A stretch of 64,000 nt of DNA from Tagaea sp. (GCA_965279525.1 CBDIIB010000005.1:608001-672000); one strand, 5' to 3'. Numbered from the stretch's first letter, positions 1-10,577 are shown. Numbers and translations are program-made. Notes: generated by a model from the letters alone, not told the origin.

Positions 1-2
1 AC

Positions 3-3000
3 ACGCTTGCGCGTCTCACGTCCGGCCAGCACGAGATGGACGTGCCGTTCACCAACCGCAAGGACGAGATCGGCCGGCTCGCCAGCGGCATGGTCGCGTT
101 CCGCGAAGCGCTGATCGAGACCGACCGCCTCACCGAGCGGCTGCGGGAAGGCGAAGCGCGTCTCGTCTCGCTCCTCGACAGCGGGCCGGCGGGCGCCATC
201 GTCGCCAAGCTCGACGGAAAATCCGTGATGTTCGCGAGCGAGCGCGCGGCCACGCTGCTCGGACGCGCGAAGCGGGATCTTGTCGGCGGCGCGCTGGCAC
301 TCAAGCTTGCCGACGGCGATGCCGACGCCGTCGAGCAGATATTCCAGAAGCTCCGCCGCCAGTCTGTCGTCCCCGCGACGGAATTCCGCGTCGATATCGG
401 CGACGGGACGGTACCGATCTTCCAGGTTTCCGCCGAACGCATCGAGTTCCACGACGAAGCCTGCGCGCTGCTCTGGATCCTCGACGTGACCGAGCAGCGC
501 GCCTCGGAAGAAGCCGCACGGCACGAACGCGAGCGGACGGAGGCTTTGCTCGACAGCACGCCCGACGCGGTGCTGATCGTCGACAGGACCGGCCATATCC
601 GGTTCGTCAACCGGCAGGGCGAAGCGCTGTTCGCCTACCGGCGCGAGGAGCTGGTCGGCAAGCCGATCGAGACGCTGATCCCGGCGAAATTCCACGGCAA
701 GCATGTCGGCCTGCGCAGCGGCTATTCCGCGAATCCGAGCGCGCGCGAAATGGGATCGGGGCGCGAACTGCTCGCCGTCGACGCCAAGGGCCGCGAATTT
801 CCGGTCGAGATCAGCCTCAACCCGATTCCCGGCGGCGAGCTCGTTTCCGCCGCCATCCGCGACGTGACCGAGCGCAAGAAGGCGGAGACCGAGCTGCGCC
901 GCGTCCACTACGCGCTCGAGCACGCGGCCGACGGCATCATCTGGATCGGCCGCGACGGCACCGTGGTCGAGGCCAACGTCGCAGCCGGCACGCTGATCGG
1001 CCTGCCGCATGGCGAACTGCCGGGCAGGCAGGTCCGCGATCTCGTGCAGGGAATCGACGCGCGCGTCTGGGAAATCGTCTGGAACAAGGTCTCGACCCGG
1101 CCGACAGACGAGCCGGGCGAGCAGGTGCTGCTGCGCGCCGACGGATCGACGCTCGACGTCGAGACACTGTCCAAGTTCATCGATTTCGGCGGCAAGCAGT
1201 ACCTCCTGGTCTTCATGCGCGACATCACCGCGCGCAAGGCCGCGGAAGCGGCACTCGCCGAGGAACGCAAGCGCCTGCAGTCGGTACTCGACAAGGGGCC
1301 GATCTGCGTTTCGATCACCTCAATGGAAGGAATAGCGCTGTTCGCCAATCCGATCGCGACCAAACTGTTCGGCCTCGCCATCGGCCAGAAGGTGCAGTCG
1401 GCCTATGTCGATCCGGCCCGGCGCGACGAGCTTCTTGCCCGCCTCAAGGCCGAAGGAACGGTGCGCGACTTCGAGGTCGAGGTCTACGACACCGACCGCC
1501 AGCGCCGCACGATGATGATGACGGCGATCCTCGTCGACTACGCCGGCCAGAAGGCCCTGATGGTCTGGCAGGTCGACATCACCGAAAGGCGCAAGAACGA
1601 AGAGCAGATCAAGCGTGCGAATTTCCTCACCGACATCGCGCTGGAACTGACCGGCAGCGGCCACTGGTACGTCGACTACAGCGATCCGGACTACTACTAC
1701 CAGTCCGAGCGGGCGGCCACGATCCTGGGCGAACCCCTGAAATCCGACGGCCGCTATCACCTCATGGACGAATGGTACGCCCGCCTGGTCGAAGCCGACC
1801 CTGAGAAGGCCAAGGAGGCGAGCGCCCACTATCAAGGCGCCATCGACGGCAAGTATTCGCAGTACGACATGATCTATCCGTATCGGCGTCCGATCGACGG
1901 GAAGATCGTCTGGATCCATGCCGCCGGCAAGCTCGTGCGCGACGAAGCGACCGGAAAACCCCTGTTCATGTACGGTGCCTATCAGGACATCACCGCGCAG
2001 AAGGCCGTGGAAGTCGAGATCCTCGCAGCCAAGGCGACCGCAGAAGAGGCCCGGCGGCAGGCCGAGATGTCGGCCCAGTGGCTCGAACAGTCGAACAAGG
2101 ACCTCGACGAGGCCCGCCTGCTCGCCGAAGACGCGACGAAGGCGAAGTCGAGCTTCCTTGCGACGATGAGCCACGAAATCCGCACGCCGATGAACGGCGT
2201 CATGTCGATGGCCGAGATGCTCGACCAGACCGAGCTCAGCGCCGACCAGCGCGAGATGTCGAAGGTGATCCGCACGTCGGCCGAAGCGCTGATGACGATC
2301 CTCAACGACATCCTCGACTTCTCGAAGATCGAGGCGGGCCGGATCGAGTTCGAACGCCTGCCGCTCGACATCGGCGACGTGGTCGAGGAAGCGGCCGAAC
2401 TCGTCGCGAGCCGGGCCGACGAGAAGGGGCTCGATTTCGTCGTCGAGATCGATCCGAAGCTTCCCGGCGCGCGTGCTCGGCGACCCGACGCGCATCCGGC
2501 AGATCGTGCTCAACTATCTGTCGAACGCGCTGAAATTCACCGAGACCGGAAGCGTCGTGGCCAGCGTGCGCCTGGAAGCCGAGCCGCTCGGCGACATGCC
2601 CGAGCGCGTGCTCATCGAGGTGCGTGACACCGGCATCGGCATGACGCCCGAACAGACGGCCAAGATGTTCCGGGCCTTCACGCAAGCCGACTCCTCCACG
2701 TCGCGCAAGTTCGGCGGTTCGGGCCTCGGCCTTTCCATCAGCCAGCGCCTGGCCGAGCTGATGGGCGGCACGGTCGGCGTCGAATCCGAACCGGGACGCG
2801 GCTCGACCTTCTGGCTGCGGCTGCCGGCGGAGATCGTCGAGCGGGCACCGCCCACACCCGCCGTCGACATTTCCGACGCGGCGGTCGCCGCCCTCGGGTT
2901 CGACGGGCCGACGCGTGGTGCTCTGGTCTCGATCCTCGGGACGGCGGGCATCCGGCCGCTGTTCCTGGGTGAAGCGGATCTTGCCGACATGCCGAAGGGC

Positions 3001-4077
3001 TCGGTGCCGATCGCGATGCTGCGCGGCACGTCGAGTGCCGCCATCGCGGCCTCCAAGCGCATCATCGAGGCCCATCCGGCCGCCCGCGCGATCCTCGCCG
3101 CCCCGCGCTCGCTCGCCTCGACCCTCAAATCCGCGTCCGATGCCGGCGCCTTCGACGCGATCACGATGCCGCTGCGCCGGCAGCGCGTCTGGCTGGCGGT
3201 CGCCGCCGCCCTCGACCGTGCCTCGCTGTCGGATGCGCAGAAGCCTTCCGGCGGCGCCAGCGAGCGGTTCGTGGCCCCCGATCTCGCCGTCGCGCGCGCG
3301 GCGAACGCCGCCGTCCTCGTCGCGGAGGACAACAAGACGAACCAATACGTCATCAAGCGCGTGCTCGACCGCGTCGGGTTCGCCTCGCGCTTCGTGTTCA
3401 ACGGCGTCGAAGCGCTGGCCGCCCTCGCCGAGGAGCCGGGCTACGGCATCCTTTTGACCGACTACCACATGCCGGAAATGGACGGGATCGAGCTTGCGAC
3501 GGCGATCCGCGCAAGCGAGGCCGGGGGCAAGAAGCCGCGGCTTCCCATCGTCGTGCTGACGGCCGACGCGCTGCCGGAAACCGGCCGGCTCGTGGCACAG
3601 GTCGGTGCGGACGGGTACCTGACCAAGCCGATGCGCTACGAGGTCGTGAAGGCGGAGCTCGAGCGCTGGCTGCCGCAGGGCGTCAAGCTGCGCCGGTCCG
3701 CCAGCGCACCGGCACCGGTACCGGAACCGGTCCCCGTCGACGACAAGCCGCCGATCGACCGGTCCGTGCTCGAGGACCAGATCGGCACCAACAGCGACGA
3801 CGACATCCGCGCGGCGCTGCAGTTCTTCTGGGAAACCTCGGCGAGCGGGCCGGACGAACTCGACGCCGCAGTGGCGACGGGCAAGGCCACCGCCGTGCGC
3901 GAGGTGGCGCACGCGCTCAAAGGGGCGACCGCCTCGGTCGGCGCCGGCTGGCTGGCCGACCTGTGCAAGCAAGTGGAGATCGCGGCAAGCAAGGGCGATC
4001 TGGCACCGGCGCAGGCGCTGGCCGGGCAAATCCGCGAGGGCTACACCCGGCTCGGCGCCTACATCGCGAAATTCTGA
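3..4077 (+). CDS. Hybrid sensor histidine kinase (HAMP, multiple PAS, HisKA, HATPase, REC, Hpt); 5' end outside window, frameshifted at ~2463-2467
   Basis: Frame open from base 3. ORF 36..2627 has PAS repeats and H-box [18 protein letters not shown] 2473..4077 continues with [20 protein letters not shown], a REC domain (EDN..D..MP..KP) and Hpt (AHALKG). Removing one base at CCCGG restores [14 protein letters not shown]. Confidence 0.9.
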
Positions 4078-4093
4078 CGAGGAAGGCGAAACC

Positions 4094-4912
4094 ATGGCTC
4101 CCCCCAACGACCGACCCTTTTCGGGCCTGAAAGTGCTGGTCGTCGACGACCAGAAATTTATCCGCGGCCTGGTGACGCAAGGCCTCAAGGCGAGCGGCGC
4201 GCAGGTTACCGAAGCGGCGGACGGGTTCGAGGCGCTGTCGATCCTGGGCATCGGCGACCAGCTCGAGGGCGGCTCGGTTGAAGCGCTCAAGCGCGAACGC
4301 CCGGACATGTTCCAGGGCATCGTGCACACGCGCAAGGACATCGACGTCATCGTCAGCGACATCCGCATGCTGCCGATGAACGGTCTCGAGATGCTGAAGG
4401 CGGTCCGCTCGGGCCTGACGTCCGCCCACCGGGGCCTGCCCGTCGTCATCATGTCGGCCCATTCGGACGAAGCGCTGATCGGTGCGGCGATCGCGCTCGA
4501 CGCGCACGGCTTCGTCGCCAAGCCGGTGAGCCAGAAGGCGATCGGCGACCGGATCCATCGCGCGCTGTCGATGAAGATCGCCACCAAGCCGGCCGAAGTC
4601 TACCGGATGCTGATCATCCCCGAGCTCGATTCCGCGACGCTGGAAACCGATGTCGGCCGGGCGGCCGAGAGCCTTGTCGCCGTGATCCGGGCCGGCGACG
4701 TCGCCATCGCGTCGGGCCAGCGCGCGATCAATGTCAGATGGCAGGAGATCGTGCTGGGCGACGTGCTCAACGAGAATTTCACGACCAAGACCGGAAAGCT
4801 GGTGGCCCCCGCCGGCACGCGCGTGACCGAGGTGCTGATGGCGGCCGTGCAGGACCTTTCGACCGTCACCGACCTGTCGGACATGGTCTCGATCCGCCGG
4901 AAAGTCATCTAG
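4094..4912 (+). CDS. Response regulator (REC domain with insertion plus C-terminal extension)
   Basis: VLVVDD...SDIRMLPMNGLE...SA...AKP receiver motifs; directly downstream of the kinase. Confidence 0.85.
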   Translation: MAPPNDRPFSGLKVLVVDDQKFIRGLVTQGLKASGAQVTEAADGFEALSILGIGDQLEGGSVEALKRERPDMFQGIVHTRKDIDVIVSDIRMLPMNGLEMLKAVRSGLTSAHRGLPVVIMSAHSDEALIGAAIALDAHGFVAKPVSQKAIGDRIHRALSMKIATKPAEVYRMLIIPELDSATLETDVGRAAESLVAVIRAGDVAIASGQRAINVRWQEIVLGDVLNENFTTKTGKLVAPAGTRVTEVLMAAVQDLSTVTDLSDMVSIRRKVI

Positions 4913-5017
4913 GCCGGGTTCCCGGCCCCGGAACCGCCCGGTAACGCCGAACGCCTTGCAATCGGCGTGAAATTCCCTACATGAAGGGCGCCCAAACGGA
5001 CGGGGGACCGGCACGAC

Positions 5018-5968
5018 ATGTCGTCAATGATCGAAATCAGGGGCCTCAAGAAGCATTTCGGCCCGATCCGCGCGGTCGAGGACGTGTCGTTCAACGTCAT
5101 GCGCGGCGAGGTCCTCGGCTTCCTCGGGCCCAACGGGGCCGGCAAGTCGACGACCATGAAGATGATCACCGGCTTCCTCGCCCCCACGGCCGGGTCCGCC
5201 TCGGTGTGCGGCTTCGATGTCGAACGCGACCCGATCGAGGCCAAGCGCCGGATCGGCTACCTGCCCGAGGGGGCCCCTGCCTATCCCGACATGACGGCCG
5301 CCGCCTTCCTCGATTTCGTCGGCGCCATCCGCGGCTTCGACGGCGCTTCGCGCGCCAAGCGCGTGGCGCTGGCGGTCGAGCGCACGCAGCTCGAAGGCAT
5401 TCTCAACCAGCCGATCGACACGCTTTCCAAGGGCTTCAAGCGCCGCGTGGGCCTTGCCCAGGCGCTGCTGCACGACCCCGAGGTGCTGATCCTCGACGAG
5501 CCGACCGACGGGCTCGATCCCAACCAGAAGCACGAGGTACGCGGCCTGATCCGCTCGATGGCGGCCGACAAGGCCATCGTCATCTCGACCCACATCCTCG
5601 AGGAAGTCGACGCGATCTGCTCGCGCGCGGTCGTCATCGCGCGCGGCCGCCTGCTGGCCGACGGCACGCCCGAATCGCTCGAGAAGCGCTCGCGCTGGCA
5701 CCATGCGGTATCGCTCGTGGCGTCGGCCGGCGACATCGAGCGGCTGCGCGCGGCGATCGCCGCGCACGACGGCGTGGGCGGCTTCGAGCGCGTCGACGGC
5801 GAGGACGGCCTTGCGATGCTCACTGCCTTCCCGAAGGCCGGCAAGCCGATGCTGGCCGAGATCGGCGCGCTGGCGCGCGCGACGGGCATCCGGATCGACG
5901 AGATCCGCGAGGAACGCGGCCGCCTCGACGAGGTGTTCCGCGACATCACGACCGGCACGAAAGCCTGA
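5018..5968 (+). CDS. ABC transporter ATP-binding protein (GldA-like)
   Basis: GPNGAGKST Walker A, LSKG signature, ILDEPT. Confidence 0.92.
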   Translation: MSSMIEIRGLKKHFGPIRAVEDVSFNVMRGEVLGFLGPNGAGKSTTMKMITGFLAPTAGSASVCGFDVERDPIEAKRRIGYLPEGAPAYPDMTAAAFLDFVGAIRGFDGASRAKRVALAVERTQLEGILNQPIDTLSKGFKRRVGLAQALLHDPEVLILDEPTDGLDPNQKHEVRGLIRSMAADKAIVISTHILEEVDAICSRAVVIARGRLLADGTPESLEKRSRWHHAVSLVASAGDIERLRAAIAAHDGVGGFERVDGEDGLAMLTAFPKAGKPMLAEIGALARATGIRIDEIREERGRLDEVFRDITTGTKA

Positions 5969-5980
5969 GGAACGGGGAAC

Positions 5981-6715
5981 ATGCGCAACGTCCGCTACAT
6001 CTTCAAGCGCGAGCTCGGCGGCTATTTCGCCACCCCCGTCGCCTACGTGTTCCTCGTCATCTTCCTGGTGCTCGCGAGCACGTTCACCTTCTACCTCGGC
6101 AACTTCTTCGAGCGCGGGCAGGCCGACCTGCAGGCCTTCTTCTCGTTCCACCCGTGGCTCTACCTGTTCCTGATCCCGGCCATCTCGATGCGCCTGTGGT
6201 CGGAAGAGCGCCGCGCGGGCACGATCGAGCTGTTCTTGACGCTGCCGATCACGATCGGCGAGGCGGTGCTCGGCAAGTTCCTTGCCGCGTGGGCGTTCGT
6301 GGGCATCGCCCTTGCGCTGACATTCCCGATCTGGATCACCGTCAACATGCTGGGCGATCCCGACAACGGCATCATCGTGGCGGGCTATGCCGGTTCGCTG
6401 ATGATGAGTGCGGGCTACCTCGCCATCGGCAGCTGCGTATCGGCCATGACCAAGAGCCAGGTCATCGCGTTCGTCGTCGCGGCCGCCGCGTGCTTCGTCT
6501 TCACGGTCTCCGGCACGCCGCTGGTCATCGCATTCTTCTCGGGCTGGGCGCCAACGGCGGTCGTCGAAGCGGTCGCGGGCCTGAGCTTCCTCACCCACTA
6601 CAACGCGATCATGCGCGGGGTCATCGACATCCGCGACCTCATCTATTTCGTCAGTCTCGTGGCGGCGTTCCTGTTCGCGAACGCGGCCATCGTGGAAATG
6701 AAGAAGGCGGGCTGA
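5981..6715 (+). CDS. ABC-2 permease (GldF-like)
   Basis: Multi-TM protein with EERRAGTIELFLTLP motif. Confidence 0.9.
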   Translation: MRNVRYIFKRELGGYFATPVAYVFLVIFLVLASTFTFYLGNFFERGQADLQAFFSFHPWLYLFLIPAISMRLWSEERRAGTIELFLTLPITIGEAVLGKFLAAWAFVGIALALTFPIWITVNMLGDPDNGIIVAGYAGSLMMSAGYLAIGSCVSAMTKSQVIAFVVAAAACFVFTVSGTPLVIAFFSGWAPTAVVEAVAGLSFLTHYNAIMRGVIDIRDLIYFVSLVAAFLFANAAIVEMKKAG

Positions 6716-6718
6716 TCC

Positions 6719-8638
6719 ATGGCGAGCAAGGCGACCACGCGCTCCGCACTCACCGGCCTCGGCATCCTGTTCGCGGCCATCCTGTTCGTCGCGGTCAACG
6801 TGCTGGCGGGCACGCTCTTCCAGGGCACGCGGCTCGATCTTACGGCCGACCGGCTCTTCACGCTGAGCCAGGGCACGCGCGCGATCCTGGCGAAGATCGA
6901 CGAACCGATCGTGCTGCGCTTCTATTATTCCGAACGGCTGGGCCGCGAGATCCCGAGCTATGGCGTCTACGCCCAGCGCGTGCGCGAGATGCTCGAGGAA
7001 TACCGCGACGCCGCGCGCGGCAAGCTGCGCCTCGAGCGCATCGACCCGCCCGCCTTCTCCGACGAGGAGGACCGCGCGGTCGCCTTCGGCCTGCAGGCGG
7101 TCCCGCTCAACCAGCAGGGCGAGACGGTCTATTTCGGGCTTGCCGGCACCAACGGCGCCGACCGCGAGGAAGTCATCGCGTTCTTCCAGCCCGAGCGCGA
7201 GCGCTTCCTCGAATACGACCTCACCAAGATCGTCTACAACCTGTCGGTCACGAAGAAGCCGCAGGTCGGCCTGCTGTCGTCGCTGCCGATGGAAGGCGAG
7301 TTCCGCGGCCGCGGGCAGCCCACGCCGCCGTGGGCCGTCTATTCCCAGCTCGGCCAGTTCTTCGATATCCGCCCGGTGGCGCGCGACGCGGCCGAGATCC
7401 CGGCCGAGATCGGCGTGCTGATGGTCGTGCACCCCAAGAACCTCTCCGACACGACGCTCTATGCGATCGACCAGTTCGTGCTGCGCGGCGGGCGCGCACT
7501 CGTGTTCGTCGATCCGCATGCCGAGGGCGAGCTTGCGCGCGGCGGCCAGGCGGCGATGGGCATGCCGACGGATTCGAACCTGACGAAGCTGTTCGACGCG
7601 TGGGGCCTCTCCATGGCCGACGACAAGCTCGCCGGCGACCGGGTTGCCGCACGGCGCGTCAATGCCGGCGGCCAGGGCCGCGTGCAGGCGGTCGACTACG
7701 TGCTGTGGCTCAGCTTGCGCGACGTCAATTTCGACCGGTCGGACGTGCTGCTGACCGAAGCCAACGTCATCCAGCTTGCGTCCGCCGGCATCCTCAAGCC
7801 CAAGGACGGGGCGACGACGAAGTTCGTGCCGCTGATCCGCACGTCCGAGCAGTCGCAGGAGATCGTCGCCGACGAGGTGCGCCTGCAGCCCGATCCCGCC
7901 AAGCTGCTGGCCGACTTCAAGCCCTCGGGCGAGCGGCTGACGCTGGCCGCGCGCATCAGCGGGCCGGTCAAGTCGGCGTTCGAGAAAGCACCCGAGCCCG
8001 AAAAGCCCGCCGAAGGCCAGCCGGCCCCGCCGGCGCTGCCCGCCGTGCCGCACCGCGCGCAGTCCGAAGGCCCCATCAACGTCATCGTCGTCGCCGACAC
8101 CGACATGCTGGAGGACCGCTTCTGGGTCCAGATGCAGGAATTCTTCGGCCAGCGCGTGGCGACACCCGGGGCCTATAACGGCGACTTCGTCGTCAACGCG
8201 GTCGACAACCTGCTGGGATCAAGCGACCTGATCAGCTTGCGCGGCCGTGGCCTGTCGCAGCGCCCGTTCACGCTGCTGGCCGACATCCAGCGCGAGGCCG
8301 AGCTCAAGTTCCGCGCCAAGGAACGCGAGCTGACCGAAACGCTGAAGGAAGCCGAGAAGCGCCTGTCGGAACTCCAGGGCCGCGGCGGGGCGGCCGCCGA
8401 CGCGAACCGCTCGATCCTGTCGGGCGAGCAGCAGGCCGAGATCGAGAAGTTCCGCGCCGAGATGCTGGTCGTGCGCCGCGCGCTACGCGACGTGCAGCTC
8501 GAACTTCGCCGCGACATCGAAGGCGTGCAGACGCGCGCGCGCATCGCCAACATCGGTGCCGTCCCGGCCATCGTCGCGATCGTCGCCTTCGTGCTGGGCT
8601 GGCTGCGCGTGCGCAGCCGCCGGCCGGCCGGGCGCTGA
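6719..8638 (+). CDS. GldG-family ABC auxiliary membrane/periplasmic protein
   Basis: RLDLTADRLFTLS and IDQFVLRGG motifs; N- and C-terminal TM helices. Confidence 0.88.
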   Translation: MASKATTRSALTGLGILFAAILFVAVNVLAGTLFQGTRLDLTADRLFTLSQGTRAILAKIDEPIVLRFYYSERLGREIPSYGVYAQRVREMLEEYRDAARGKLRLERIDPPAFSDEEDRAVAFGLQAVPLNQQGETVYFGLAGTNGADREEVIAFFQPERERFLEYDLTKIVYNLSVTKKPQVGLLSSLPMEGEFRGRGQPTPPWAVYSQLGQFFDIRPVARDAAEIPAEIGVLMVVHPKNLSDTTLYAIDQFVLRGGRALVFVDPHAEGELARGGQAAMGMPTDSNLTKLFDAWGLSMADDKLAGDRVAARRVNAGGQGRVQAVDYVLWLSLRDVNFDRSDVLLTEANVIQLASAGILKPKDGATTKFVPLIRTSEQSQEIVADEVRLQPDPAKLLADFKPSGERLTLAARISGPVKSAFEKAPEPEKPAEGQPAPPALPAVPHRAQSEGPINVIVVADTDMLEDRFWVQMQEFFGQRVATPGAYNGDFVVNAVDNLLGSSDLISLRGRGLSQRPFTLLADIQREAELKFRAKERELTETLKEAEKRLSELQGRGGAAADANRSILSGEQQAEIEKFRAEMLVVRRALRDVQLELRRDIEGVQTRARIANIGAVPAIVAIVAFVLGWLRVRSRRPAGR

Positions 8639-8653
8639 ACGGAGACCGGAGCC

Positions 8654-9721
8654 ATGCAGAGCCGCACCCTCGCCATCCTCGCCTTGTCGGCCGCCATCGT
8701 CGGCGGGGCCGCCGTGATCGCCACCGGCGGGCGCAACGACGCGTCCGACGCCGATCCCGCGGGCAAGCTCGTGTTCCCCAACCTGCCCGCGCGCATCGAC
8801 GGCGTGGCGCGCATCGAGATCGAGCGCGGCGGCGAGAAGTTCGAGCTGGTGCGCGACGCCGCCGGCCACTGGACGATGCCGGCCAAAGCGGGCTATCCGG
8901 CCGATTTCCAGCTTGTCCGCCGGCTGGCGCTCGACATGGCGAACATGCGCATCCTCGAGGCGCGCACCGCGAGCAAGGCGCTGCATGCCGACATCGATCT
9001 CGACGGTTCGGGCAAGGACCAGAAGGCCGTGCGCGTGGCGCTGTCCGGCGCGCAGACCGAGCAGTTCGCCAGCGTGCTCGTGGGGCGCACGCGCTTCGGC
9101 CGGCAGGGCAATGCCGGCGACGGCACGTTCGTGCGCCGCGAGGGCGAGGACCAGGTTTGGTTCGTCCAGGGACGTGTGGGCGTGGAACGCGAACAGACCA
9201 AATGGCTTGAAAAGCGCATCGTCGACGTGGTGCGCGAGCGCGTGGCCAAGGCCGTCGTCGTGACGGCCGACGGGGCACGCCTCGAAATATCGCGCGCCAA
9301 GCACGACCAGCAGGATTTCGATCTGGCGGCGGTCCCCGCCGACAAGAAGATCAAGACGGCGTTCGACGTGAACCTCATTGCATCCGCCATCGAAGCCCTC
9401 GACCTCGAGGACGTGCGCAAGGCCGACGGCCTCGCCTTCCTCGGCCAGCGCGACTTCGCCGAATTCACGACGTTCGACGGCCTTGCCGTGCGCGTCGAAT
9501 TCGCCAAGGACGGCGCCGACATCTGGGCGCGCTTCACCGCACGCCACGCGGCTCCGGCCACGCCGGTCGAAGGCGACAAGCTGAAGAAGCCCGACGAGGT
9601 TGCCGCCGAAGCCGCACAGATCGCCAAGCGCACCCACGGCTGGGCCTACCGCGTGCCGGCCTACAAGGCCGAGCAGATGAGCCGGAAGATCGCCGACCTC
9701 GTCGAGGACAAGGGCGCCTGA
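8654..9721 (+). CDS. DUF4340-like exported protein
   Basis: N-terminal anchor; usual fourth gene of Gld-like ABC operons. Confidence 0.75.
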   Translation: MQSRTLAILALSAAIVGGAAVIATGGRNDASDADPAGKLVFPNLPARIDGVARIEIERGGEKFELVRDAAGHWTMPAKAGYPADFQLVRRLALDMANMRILEARTASKALHADIDLDGSGKDQKAVRVALSGAQTEQFASVLVGRTRFGRQGNAGDGTFVRREGEDQVWFVQGRVGVEREQTKWLEKRIVDVVRERVAKAVVVTADGARLEISRAKHDQQDFDLAAVPADKKIKTAFDVNLIASAIEALDLEDVRKADGLAFLGQRDFAEFTTFDGLAVRVEFAKDGADIWARFTARHAAPATPVEGDKLKKPDEVAAEAAQIAKRTHGWAYRVPAYKAEQMSRKIADLVEDKGA

Positions 9722-9751
9722 ACGAGGTCAGGCTCCAGCTCGAATCCCTTA

Positions 9752-9764
9752 CAATACATTGATT
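9752..9764 (-). promoter_or_regulatory. IHF-binding-site match
   Basis: Minus strand AATCAATGTATTG matches WATCAANNNNTTR exactly. Confidence 0.5.
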
Positions 9765-9939
9765 TAGTTTATATTTTTACGCTCGCCGGCATATCAAGTG
9801 AGCCGCGCGCCACCCCCATTCGTGGTATTCCAATTTTGAGATAGCCCCTACCCATTGTGGTGCGCTAGCGTGTTAGGTATATGGCCGAATTGCAATTTTT
9901 GATTCGCAATCGCTGTGCAGGTCAGATTAGAATGTTGGA

Positions 9940-10446
9940 ATGCACTGCGAGACCCTCGCCAAAAACGCGCCTTCGGGCGCGATCCCGGTTGCTATCGAAG
10001 AGCTCTTCGAGAAGCTGCGCCTTGCGCGTGTCAATCGGGAAAAGGCCGAAGCGACGGTCGAAGAAGAACAGGCCAATGCCATCCAGCTCGAGCGTCTGAT
10101 CGCTGGACTGGTCGCTCTTCTCCCGGCGGCCGATCAATCCAAATACCGCGCTAGGCTGAGTCCGGCGGCACCGTCGAAGGGCGGCATTGTCTTCGACAAC
10201 GTCGTCAGCCTTTTCCGCGATGCTCCGAATCAACAGTGGACGCCGACGAGCGTTCAGGCGGCGCTTGAAAAAAAGGGCGTCAGTGCCGACACAAAAGCAA
10301 TCGCAAATATCCTCGCCTATTTGGCGCGGTCCGGAAAACTGGTGCGAGCTGCTCGCGGACATTACGTCTCGCAAGGCTGGATGATCGTCACGAGCGACGA
10401 AATCGAAGCCGATGAGATGAGCCGCGAAAAGTTCGCCGAACTGTAA
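9940..10446 (+). CDS. Hypothetical protein, N-terminal coiled coil plus C-terminal winged-helix-like domain
   Basis: 168-aa ORF; ILAYLARSGKLVRAARGHY resembles a wHTH recognition helix and wing; TAGAAT at 9928-9933 would give a leaderless transcript. Confidence 0.65.
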   Translation: MHCETLAKNAPSGAIPVAIEELFEKLRLARVNREKAEATVEEEQANAIQLERLIAGLVALLPAADQSKYRARLSPAAPSKGGIVFDNVVSLFRDAPNQQWTPTSVQAALEKKGVSADTKAIANILAYLARSGKLVRAARGHYVSQGWMIVTSDEIEADEMSREKFAEL

Positions 10447-10450
10447 GGAG

Positions 10451-10484
10451 GAAAAGAAAACGCCGCCGGTTGGATCGGCGGCGT
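10451..10484 (-). terminator. GC hairpin with A-tract upstream (minus-strand terminator-like)
   Basis: AAAAGAAA followed by ACGCCGCCG-GTTGGAT-CGGCGGCGT. Confidence 0.5.
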
Positions 10485-10491
10485 CAGGAAA

Positions 10492-10577
10492 ACCAGGGTG
10501 GCGAAAATGGTAGACGCAACAGAGTTGGATTCTGTGGGTCCGTGGTGGCCGTGTGGGTTCGAGTCCCGCCCCTGGTA
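10492..10577 (+). tRNA. Non-canonical tRNA: class II Leu-type body with TGG (Pro) anticodon
   Basis: Acceptor ACCAGGG/CCCTGGT + A73; D arm GCG-AAAATGGTAGA-CGC; anticodon arm ACAGA-GTTGGAT-TCTGT; long V arm GGTC/GGCC; T arm GTGGG-TTCGAGT-CCCGC; CCA not encoded. Confidence 0.8.

Noticed and set aside
1320-8178. Long overlapping/antisense ORFs (e.g. 2302..4587, 4981..8178, 5024..8053) and similar ones throughout the window
   Set aside because: Shadow frames of high-GC genes; Arg/Ala/Pro-rich with no recognisable motifs.
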